From NCBI RefSeq assembly GCF_015644585.1, contig NZ_JADOBI010000015.1, positions 101,751 through 125,750 of the forward strand: DNA of 24,000 bases, read 5' to 3'. Positions 16,905-24,000 of the stretch are shown piece by piece. The position numbers and the translations under genes are program-made. The notes under the pieces were generated by a model. That model was not told where the DNA came from. It did no database searches and saw nothing but the letters and a program-made list of their open reading frames with translations. Within the stretch, counting starts at the first letter, position 1. Each line of letters opens with the position of its first letter. Source of the stretch: Rahnella laticis (GTDB taxonomy: Bacteria; Pseudomonadota; Gammaproteobacteria; Enterobacterales; Enterobacteriaceae).

Positions 16905-18491
16905 ATGAAAACACGTAAGATCGGATTCTTTAATTACATCGCCTACGGATCTGGCGATTTTCTGGGGGCGGGCACAACGGCCCTGACCGCGGCGTGGCTG
17001 CTCTATTTTTACACCACGTTTTGCGGCCTTTCGCCCATCGAAGCGACCTTTATCTTCGCCACGGCGCGTGTACTCGACGCCGTGCTCAGCCCGTTAATGG
17101 GTTATCTCACGGATAACTTTGGCAATACCTGGCTCGGCAAACGGTTTGGTCGTCGTAAGTTCTTTATTCTGCTCGGTATTCCCTGCGTGTTCAGCTACAG
17201 CTTCATGTGGGTGGGCGACATGGGATATGCGTATTACCTGCTGACCTATCTGCTGTTCGATATCGTTTACACCATGATTCTGGTGCCGTATGAAACGCTG
17301 GTGCCGGAAATGACCGACGATTTCAAACAGAAAACCAAATTCTCCGGAGCCCGTATCGCGCTGGCCCAGCTTTCTGCCATTCTCGCCGCTTTCCTGCCGG
17401 GCATTCTGTTACAGCATTTCGGCAAAGATAACGCCATTTCCTTCTTCTATTCGAGCCTGGTCTTTGCGGTGATCTGCGCCTTCGTGCTGACGCTGGTGTA
17501 CTTCTTTACCTGGGAACGGCCGGAAGAACTCAAATCTGAAGCCACGAAGAAAATTGAGCGTGAACGCCAGCAACTGACGCTGGCGCAAAGCCTGAAACGC
17601 CTGAAAGTGGAACTGTCCTCGACGTTGCGTATCAAGATTTTCCGCCAGCATCTGGGTTTGTATCTTGGCGGCTATATTGCGCAGGACGTGTTTAATGCCG
17701 TCTTCACGTATTACGTGGTGTTTGTGCTGATGCAAAGCGCGGCGGTGGCTTCCAATCTCATGGGCATGATGGCGATTCTGCAATTTGTTGCGGTTATCGG
17801 CATGATCCCGCTGTGTATCCGCTTCGGACCGGCACCGTCTTATCGTCTGGCCGTAACGTTATTCGGGCTGGCGGCGATTTCTTACGGCGTGCTGTATTAC
17901 ACCGGAATGAACGATTCGATGTCGTTATTGCTGCTGATTTCTGCACTGGCAGGGCTCGGGCGCGGCGGGATCAACTACGTGCCGTGGAATATCTACACCT
18001 ATATCGCCGATGTCGATGAAACCATTACCGGCCAGCGCCGCGAGGGGATTTTCGCCGGTGTGATGACGCTGACGCGCAAAGCCTCGCAGGCCGGTGCCGT
18101 AATGCTGGTGGGGATTATCCTGCAACTCGCCGGATTTGTTTCCGGGCAGAGCCAGCAGGTTCCGGCTGTCGGCCACACCATTCTCGGCGTTCTGGTGATC
18201 GGCTCACTGCTGATGCTCAGCATGGGCTTCATCATTTCACTGTTCTTCCGCCTTAATCAGAAAACGCACGGCGTGCTGACCTGCGAAACGCAGAAAATGC
18301 GTGATGCGAACCGCATCGTGCCGGAGCAAATTACGCCGGAAGACCGGGCGACCGTTGAAATGCTGACAGGGATGAAATACGAATCGCTGTGGGGCAACAA
18401 CAATATTGGTTATCTGCATCGCCATAATCCGCCACCTGAAAAGCTGACCCGTGAAAATGCCGCCGTAATTCCGGCACAGGGACGTTTGTAA
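16905..18491 (+). CDS. glycoside-pentoside-hexuronide (GPH) family sugar:cation symporter (RhiT/YicJ-like)
   Basis: 528 aa with about 12 hydrophobic segments. The N-terminal YG.GDF..... and DA...P..G...D.......G.RFGRRK motifs are typical of MelB/GPH (MFS_2) carriers. An 80-aa hydrophilic C-terminal tail is present. Confidence 0.88.
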   Translation: MKTRKIGFFNYIAYGSGDFLGAGTTALTAAWLLYFYTTFCGLSPIEATFIFATARVLDAVLSPLMGYLTDNFGNTWLGKRFGRRKFFILLGIPCVFSYSFMWVGDMGYAYYLLTYLLFDIVYTMILVPYETLVPEMTDDFKQKTKFSGARIALAQLSAILAAFLPGILLQHFGKDNAISFFYSSLVFAVICAFVLTLVYFFTWERPEELKSEATKKIERERQQLTLAQSLKRLKVELSSTLRIKIFRQHLGLYLGGYIAQDVFNAVFTYYVVFVLMQSAAVASNLMGMMAILQFVAVIGMIPLCIRFGPAPSYRLAVTLFGLAAISYGVLYYTGMNDSMSLLLLISALAGLGRGGINYVPWNIYTYIADVDETITGQRREGIFAGVMTLTRKASQAGAVMLVGIILQLAGFVSGQSQQVPAVGHTILGVLVIGSLLMLSMGFIISLFFRLNQKTHGVLTCETQKMRDANRIVPEQITPEDRATVEMLTGMKYESLWGNNNIGYLHRHNPPPEKLTRENAAVIPAQGRL

Positions 18492-18520
18492 TTTTGGTGA
18501 ACATTTATCAGGAGAACACC

Positions 18521-19660
18521 ATGAAAGTTTTTGAAGTGAAACACAGTGCGCTTTTACGCCAGCCGGAACATTTCATTTCGCGCAATGAACTGAAAGCGCT
18601 GATCCACAATGTGACGGACAATCTGGTGAATATCGAAGATAAAACCGGTGAGTTCCTGTTGCGGCTCGACGACGGCCGCGTCATTGATACCAAAGGTTGG
18701 GCAGGCTGGGAATGGACGCACGGCATCGGGCTTTACGGTATTTATCAGTATTATCAGCAAACCGGTGACGAGAAAATGCGGGCGGTGATTGACGACTGGT
18801 TTACCGCGCGTCTGGCGGAAGGCACGCCGACGAAAAACGTGAATACCATGAGCCCGTTCCTGACGCTGGCTTACCGCTATGAAGAAACCGGTAATGCGGC
18901 ATGGCGGCCCTATCTGGAGCGCTGGGCGGAATGGGTGATGTATGAAATGCCGCGCACGGATAAAGGCGCGATGCAGCACATCGTTTATAACAACGAAAAC
19001 CATCAGCAAATGTGGGATGACACGCTGATGATGAGCGTGCTGCCGCTGGCGAAAATCGGGAAATTGCTGGATCGCCCGGAGTTTGTGGAAGAAGCGACGT
19101 ATCAGTTTCTGATCCACGTTCAGTATCTGATGGATCGCGAAACGGGCCTGTGGTTCCACGGCTGGACGTTCGACGGGCATCATAATTTTGCGCAGGCGCG
19201 CTGGGCTCGCGGAAACAGCTGGCTGACGATTGCCATTCCTGAATTCCTTGAGCTGGTGGATTTACCGGAAAATAACGCGACCCGCCGCTATTTATTGCAG
19301 GTGCTGGAAAGCCAGGTCAGCGCGCTGGCGAAATGTCAGAATGACAGCGGTTTGTGGCATACGCTGCTCGACGATCCGCAGTCTTATCTCGAAAGCTCGG
19401 CCACCGCCGGTTTTGCCTACGGAATCTTGAAAGCGGTGCGTAAACGTTATATCGATGCGTCTTATGCGCCGGTGGCGGAGAAAGCGATTCAGGGTGTGAT
19501 CAAACACATCAACCCGGCAGGGGAGCTGACGCAAACGTCCTTCGGCACGGCGATGGGTTCTGATCTGGATTTCTATCGTGAAATCGCGCTGACGTCCATG
19601 CCTTACGGGCAGGCGATGGCGATCCTGTGTCTGTCAGAATATCTGCGGGTTTACCTCTGA
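18521..19660 (+). CDS. unsaturated rhamnogalacturonyl/glucuronyl hydrolase (GH105/GH88, YteR/RhiN-like)
   Basis: ATG at 18521 has CAGGAG 7 nt upstream; the track start at 18494 is an extension. Motifs W.WTHGIGLYG, WDDTLMM, WARGNSW and the (alpha/alpha)6-type repeat pattern match the Glyco_hydro_88 family. The gene is tightly linked (29 nt) to the upstream GPH transporter. Confidence 0.85.
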   Translation: MKVFEVKHSALLRQPEHFISRNELKALIHNVTDNLVNIEDKTGEFLLRLDDGRVIDTKGWAGWEWTHGIGLYGIYQYYQQTGDEKMRAVIDDWFTARLAEGTPTKNVNTMSPFLTLAYRYEETGNAAWRPYLERWAEWVMYEMPRTDKGAMQHIVYNNENHQQMWDDTLMMSVLPLAKIGKLLDRPEFVEEATYQFLIHVQYLMDRETGLWFHGWTFDGHHNFAQARWARGNSWLTIAIPEFLELVDLPENNATRRYLLQVLESQVSALAKCQNDSGLWHTLLDDPQSYLESSATAGFAYGILKAVRKRYIDASYAPVAEKAIQGVIKHINPAGELTQTSFGTAMGSDLDFYREIALTSMPYGQAMAILCLSEYLRVYL

Positions 19661-19680
19661 GATTGACGGAGCAGAAAGAG

Positions 19681-19707
19681 AAACGGGCACGCGGAGGTGC
19701 CCGTTTT
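19681..19707. terminator. Rho-independent terminator between convergent hydrolase gene and trmA
   Basis: AAACGGGCAC-gcggag-GTGCCCGTTT with T-rich sequence on both strands. It sits between the stops at 19660 (+) and 19727 (-). Confidence 0.8.
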
Positions 19708-19726
19708 CATGGTTAACGTGGCTGAA

Positions 19727-20827
19727 TCAGATTTTTTCCAGCAGAACGCCGGATTCCATATGGTGCGTATACGGGAACTGATCGAACAACGCCAGACGCG
19801 TCACGCGGTGTGTCTGGCTCAGGGTTTCCAGATTTGCACACAGCGTTTCCGGGTTGCAGGAGATATAAAGGATGCGTTCGTAGCCCTGCACCATTTTCAC
19901 GGTTTCATCATCCAGACCGCTGCGCGGTGGATCGACGAAAATCGTGTTGCATTCATACCCGCTTAAATCCACATCCTGCAAACGACGGAATTCACGCACG
20001 CCGTTCAGCGCCTGAGTAAAATCTTCAGCCGCCATGCGGATAATCTGCACGTTATCAATATGGTTCGCTGCAATGTTGAACTGCGCTGCGGCGACCGACG
20101 GTTTGGCGATTTCGGTTGCCAGCACGCGGCGGAAATTGCGCGCCAGAGCCAGCGAGAAGTTGCCGTTGCCGCAATACAGTTCGAGCAAATCGCCAGTGGA
20201 GTTTTCCGTGGCCTTAAGCGCCCATTCCAGCATCTGAATGTTCATCTCAGCGTTTGGCTGTGTGAAGCTGTTTTCCACCTGACGATAAATCATATCGCGC
20301 CCGCCAACCGGCAGAACTTCATCAACATAATCCTGATCCAGCATGATTTTGGTTTTGGCTGCACGGCCAATCAGCTGAATGTCAAAACCGTCGGCGCGAA
20401 GCTGGTCGCGCAGGATTGTCGCGGACTTCTGCCATTCTTCATCAAGCTTACGGTGGTAGAGCAGCGATGCGATGATTTTGCCGCTGCGGGTCGAAAGATA
20501 GTCGATCTGGAAGATCTTACGGCGCAGCGCCGGATCTTGTTTCACGGCGCCGATCAGCACCGGCATCAGACGGTTTATCAGCTCGCTGGCCGCCGGGAAC
20601 TGATCGACGCGCACGCGGGCTTTGGTCTGCTGATCAAACATGATGTGGTACAGGTCGCCTTCATCATGCCAGACGCGGAATTCAGCACGCATGCGGTAAT
20701 GGCTGACAGGAGAACGAAAAACGTCAGGCTGCGGCGCATTAAAAGGCGACATCATCGCCGTGAGACGTGCGGTCTTTTCCGCCAGCTGGTCGTCATATTG
20801 TTCAATGGGCAGGTTTTCAGGCGTCAT
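19727..20827 (-). CDS. trmA: tRNA (uracil54-C5)-methyltransferase
   Basis: 366 aa, the same as E. coli Trm[47 protein letters not shown] and [10 protein letters not shown] are all conserved. Confidence 0.96.
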   Translation of the reverse strand: MTPENLPIEQYDDQLAEKTARLTAMMSPFNAPQPDVFRSPVSHYRMRAEFRVWHDEGDLYHIMFDQQTKARVRVDQFPAASELINRLMPVLIGAVKQDPALRRKIFQIDYLSTRSGKIIASLLYHRKLDEEWQKSATILRDQLRADGFDIQLIGRAAKTKIMLDQDYVDEVLPVGGRDMIYRQVENSFTQPNAEMNIQMLEWALKATENSTGDLLELYCGNGNFSLALARNFRRVLATEIAKPSVAAAQFNIAANHIDNVQIIRMAAEDFTQALNGVREFRRLQDVDLSGYECNTIFVDPPRSGLDDETVKMVQGYERILYISCNPETLCANLETLSQTHRVTRLALFDQFPYTHHMESGVLLEKI

Positions 20828-20986
20828 CGGTTATCTCGTCTAACAAGGAATAAATGGGCGAACTTTGCGGGGGATTGTAGGGAATGTCCTCATTATGTCC
20901 AGTCCTGTCGTCTTTTTAAGGGCAACGCCGTTTCCCGACGATGGATGTCTGGATTTCCAAATGGGTTGATCGTAGGATTGCCCATC

Positions 20987-21311
20987 GGCCTCATTGACTG
21001 AGTTAAAAGGGAATCCGGTGTGAATCCGGAACTGGCGCGCAGCGGTATGGGGAAATCACGGCGATAGCATTCTTTATTATGCAGACACTGTTTTCTTCTT
21101 CTCTATATAGATAAGAAAGAAGGAATGGGAAGTCATCGCCCGGTGCAGGTATTTGAGTTACGCGTCTTGTCATGAATAAGTCGTGTGGTGAATCAGCCTG
21201 CAAATCCTAAGTCCGAAAACCTGCCGATATTACGTCGCATTGTTCACTGTCGTCGCGAAAACGACAGCGTCTTTCTGCGGCATCCGCCAATTAAGTTTGG
21301 ATGCTCGATTC
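20987..21311 (+). promoter_or_regulatory. cobalamin (AdoCbl) riboswitch / btuB leader
   Basis: AAAGGGAATCCGGTGTGAATCCGGAACTGGCGCGCAGCGGTA parallels the 5' aptamer of the E. coli btuB leader. A B12 box-like AAGTCCGAAAACCTGCCGA lies at about 21209-21227. The GCATCC/GGATGC hairpin (21280-21304) sequesters the GGAT Shine-Dalgarno just before ATG 21312, as in E. coli. The 5' boundary is approximate. Confidence 0.88.
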
Positions 21312-23174
21312 ATGACAATTAAAAAGCACGTGCTGCTGACGGCATTATCCGTCACGGCTTTTTCAGGGTGGGCGCAAGACAGCACTTCCACAAACAGCAG
21401 TGATAATTTGGTCGTTACGGCTAACCGTTTTCCCCAGCCGGTTTCTTCTGTATTAGCGCCGACGGATGTCGTGACGCGTGAAGATATTGACCGCTGGCAG
21501 TCAAAATCTGTTGCTGATGTACTCCGCCGTTTACCGGGCGTCGATATTGCCCAGAACGGGGGAATGGGGCAGCAAAGTTCTTTATTCGTCCGCGGAACCA
21601 GCTCCAGCCACACTTTAGTATTAATCGATGGCGTTCGTCTGAATCAGGCCGGTATTTCCGGTTCTGCGGATATCAGCCAGATCCCGCTTTCACTGGTGCA
21701 GCGAATTGAGTTTATTCGCGGGCCACGTTCGGCGGTTTATGGCTCTGATGCAATCGGCGGCGTTGTTAACATTATTACGACGCGCGATAAAGACGGCACA
21801 ACGCTTGGCGCGGGTATCGGCTCAAACGGTTATCAGAACTATAACGGCTCCACGCAGCAGAAGCTGGGCGAGAACACCACCGTCACGGCGGCGGGTGATT
21901 ACACCTATACGCGCGGCATTGACGTTGTGGCCGACGGCAATACGGGCGGCGTTCCGCAACCAGACCGTGACGGGTTCATGAGTAAAACGCTCTATCTGGC
22001 ACTGCAACATCAGTTTAATGACGATATCAGCGGTTTTGCGCGGGCTTACGGTTATGACAACCGCACCGCGTATGATGCATATTATTCGCCGGGCAGCGCG
22101 CTTATCGATACCCGCCAGCTTTACAGCCGAACGTATGACACCGGTCTGCGTTATCAGAACGGCATTTATGCCACGCAGCTAATCGGCAGCTACAGCCACG
22201 TCAAAGACTATAACTACGATCCGAAATACGGCCCGTACGACTCTTCCGCTTCGCTCGATGACTCCGATCAGTACAACGTGCAATGGGGCAACACCCTTCA
22301 GGTATGGAAAGGGGAAGTCAGCGCAGGCCTGGACTGGCAGAAACTGACGACTGAACCGGGCACCAGCTATCTGGCTGATGGCTATGATCAGCACAACACC
22401 GGCGTTTATCTGACCACGCAACAAAAAATCAGTGATTTCACACTGGAAGGCGCCGTGCGCAGCGATGATAACTCGCAGTTTGGTCAGCACACGACCTGGC
22501 AAAGCAGCGCAGCATGGGAATTCATTGACGGCTATCGCCTGATTGCCTCTTACGGCACCGCGTACAAATCACCGAACCTGAGCCAGCTTTACAGCGACTA
22601 CTATGGCAACGCTGATCTGAAGCCGGAAGAAAGTAAGCAATGGGAAGGGGGACTGGAAGGTTTGACGGGGTCGCTGGACTGGCGCTTGTCTGTCTATCGT
22701 AACGACATCGATCAGATGATTGATTACGACAGTTCCACCAGCCGTTACTACAACATCGGGAAAGCGACGATTAAAGGCGTCGAATGGACGGGTTCATTCG
22801 ATACCGGTCCGTTGCAACATCAGATTACCCTGGAATATCTCGACCCGCGTGATGCGCAAACCAACGAAATTCTGGCCCGTCGCGCTAAGCAGCAGGCGAA
22901 ATACCAGATTGACTGGAATATTGCTGACATCGACTGGTCAATCAATTACCAGTATTTGGGGCAGCGTTACGACACCGACTACGGTTCGTATCCTTATCAG
23001 ACGGTTAAACTGGGCGGTGTCAGCCTGTGGGATCTCGCCGCGTCATATCCGGTCACCTCACACCTGACAGTTCGTGGTAGAATTGCCAACTTGTTTGATA
23101 AAGATTACGAGACGGCTTATGGCTACGCCACACCAGGACGTGAGTACTATCTCTCTGGAAGCTATACCTTCTGA
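21312..23174 (+). CDS. btuB: TonB-dependent vitamin B12 outer-membrane transporter
   Basis: [23 protein letters not shown] is the signal peptide. The TonB box is DNLVVTANR, the plug motif FVRG and the terminal aromatic ...SGSYTF are present. The product is 620 aa versus 614 aa in E. coli. The riboswitch lies upstream; the track start at 21240 falls inside the leader. Confidence 0.96.
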   Translation: MTIKKHVLLTALSVTAFSGWAQDSTSTNSSDNLVVTANRFPQPVSSVLAPTDVVTREDIDRWQSKSVADVLRRLPGVDIAQNGGMGQQSSLFVRGTSSSHTLVLIDGVRLNQAGISGSADISQIPLSLVQRIEFIRGPRSAVYGSDAIGGVVNIITTRDKDGTTLGAGIGSNGYQNYNGSTQQKLGENTTVTAAGDYTYTRGIDVVADGNTGGVPQPDRDGFMSKTLYLALQHQFNDDISGFARAYGYDNRTAYDAYYSPGSALIDTRQLYSRTYDTGLRYQNGIYATQLIGSYSHVKDYNYDPKYGPYDSSASLDDSDQYNVQWGNTLQVWKGEVSAGLDWQKLTTEPGTSYLADGYDQHNTGVYLTTQQKISDFTLEGAVRSDDNSQFGQHTTWQSSAAWEFIDGYRLIASYGTAYKSPNLSQLYSDYYGNADLKPEESKQWEGGLEGLTGSLDWRLSVYRNDIDQMIDYDSSTSRYYNIGKATIKGVEWTGSFDTGPLQHQITLEYLDPRDAQTNEILARRAKQQAKYQIDWNIADIDWSINYQYLGQRYDTDYGSYPYQTVKLGGVSLWDLAASYPVTSHLTVRGRIANLFDKDYETAYGYATPGREYYLSGSYTF

Positions 23175-24000
23175 TACAACACGAGTTCCTGACCGCCCGA
23201 CGGTGCTGGTTTTCGATTCCGGCGTCGGCGGGTTGTCGGTTTATCATGAGGTCCGGCAGATGTTGCCGGGCCTGCATTACATTTATGCCTTCGATAATGT
23301 GGCTTTCCCTTACGGTGAAAAGTCAGAAAAATTTATCGTTGAGCGCGTCGTCGAGATTGTCAGCGCCGTCGCGAAACGCCATCCCCTCTCTATTATTGTC
23401 ATTGCCTGTAACACGGCGAGCACCGTTTCACTTCCTGCATTGCGCGCTAAATTCAGCTGTCCGGTCGTCGGCGTTGTTCCTGCTATCAAACCGGCGGCGA
23501 AATTAACGCGCAACGGCGTTGTCGGGTTGCTGGCAACACGTGCGACAGTTCAGCGTCCTTATACGCATGATCTGGTGGCACGGTTCGCGACGGATTGTCA
23601 GATTTTGATGTTGGGCTCAGCCGAGCTGGTCGAACTGGCTGAAGCGAAGCTGCATGGCGAAGAAGTTTCACTGGCTGCGCTGAAGAAAATCCTGCATCCG
23701 TGGCTGCGTTTGCGCGAACCGCCCGACACCGTGGTATTAGGTTGCACGCATTTCCCGCTCCTTTCGGAAGAGTTGTCGCAGGTTTTACCCGACGGCACGC
23801 GTATGATCGACTCCGGTTCTGCGATTGCACGCCGCGCACATTGGTTAATTGAGACTTCTCACGTGCCGATTCCACAAATAAATCCGGAAGTTGAAATAGA
23901 GAGTGTGGCGTATTGCATGGCGATGACGGCTGAGGCGCAAAGTTTGCTGCCTGTTTTGCAGTCATATGGCTTCAGAAGTATCCAGGAATTGCCGCTTTAA
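23119..24000 (+). CDS. murI: glutamate racemase
   Basis: [54 protein letters not shown] and [10 protein letters not shown] match E. coli MurI. ATG at 23119 overlaps the btuB 3' end by 56 nt, the same arrangement I recall for E. coli. TAA falls at 23998-24000, so the gene is complete. Confidence 0.93.
   Translation: MATPHQDVSTISLEAIPSDTTRVPDRPTVLVFDSGVGGLSVYHEVRQMLPGLHYIYAFDNVAFPYGEKSEKFIVERVVEIVSAVAKRHPLSIIVIACNTASTVSLPALRAKFSCPVVGVVPAIKPAAKLTRNGVVGLLATRATVQRPYTHDLVARFATDCQILMLGSAELVELAEAKLHGEEVSLAALKKILHPWLRLREPPDTVVLGCTHFPLLSEELSQVLPDGTRMIDSGSAIARRAHWLIETSHVPIPQINPEVEIESVAYCMAMTAEAQSLLPVLQSYGFRSIQELPL

Noticed and set aside
18554-19183. 209-aa minus-strand ORF inside the GH105/GH88 hydrolase gene
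   Set aside because: It is antisense to a frame with clear glycoside-hydrolase motifs, and its composition is that of a shadow ORF.
20060-21001. 313-aa plus-strand ORF across trmA and its upstream region
   Set aside because: It is antisense to the highly conserved TrmA frame, has no motifs, and its 3' part would run through the trmA promoter and the btuB leader start.
21240-21311. Upstream extension of btuB into its leader
   Set aside because: It lies within the riboswitch expression platform. The signal peptide and the E. coli-like start MTIKK begin at 21312.
23074-23118. Upstream extension of murI
   Set aside because: It uses a non-ATG start. ATG 23119 (MATP...) matches the position of the E. 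coli MurI start region and gives the 56-nt btuB overlap I recall for E. coli.

Overview
Chromosomal segment from an Enterobacterales genome. The backbone gene order matches E. coli K-12: argB-argH / oxyR-sthA-fabR-yijD / trmA-btuB-murI. Sequence divergence and cargo hint at a plant-associated Yersiniaceae/Rahnella-like organism, but that guess is low confidence. All homology statements come from reading the translations and recalling family motifs; no searches were run.

Two accessory insertions interrupt the backbone.

Insertion 1 (about nt 1733-12980, between argH and oxyR) has every gene on the minus strand and three parts:
- An intact 1393-aa Rhs/YD-repeat polymorphic toxin with a PAAR-like N-terminus. 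Its last 168 aa form a glycine-zipper-rich, cysteine-paired tip that I cannot assign to any known toxin family. A very AT-rich lipoprotein gene, the candidate immunity gene, follows it directly.
- A LacI-family regulator followed by an apparent operon of M20 dipeptidase, PTS EIIB(Fru), PTS EIIC(Fru) and M24 Xaa-Pro peptidase. This resembles the uncharacterised E. coli fry/ypd cluster, but no EIIA or sugar-phosphate enzyme is present.
- A Prx5-glutaredoxin hybrid peroxidase transcribed divergently from oxyR. It occupies the slot that oxyS holds in E. coli, and an OxyR-type box lies in the shared spacer.

Insertion 2 (about nt 16600-19726, between yijD and trmA) carries a GPH-family sugar:cation symporter and a GH105/GH88-type unsaturated rhamnogalacturonyl/glucuronyl hydrolase. 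A KdgR-box-like palindrome lies upstream.

btuB is preceded by a cobalamin riboswitch. I saw no rRNA, tRNA, CRISPR array, IS element or integrase. The most likely novel system is the Rhs tip plus lipoprotein pair at 1850-2798.
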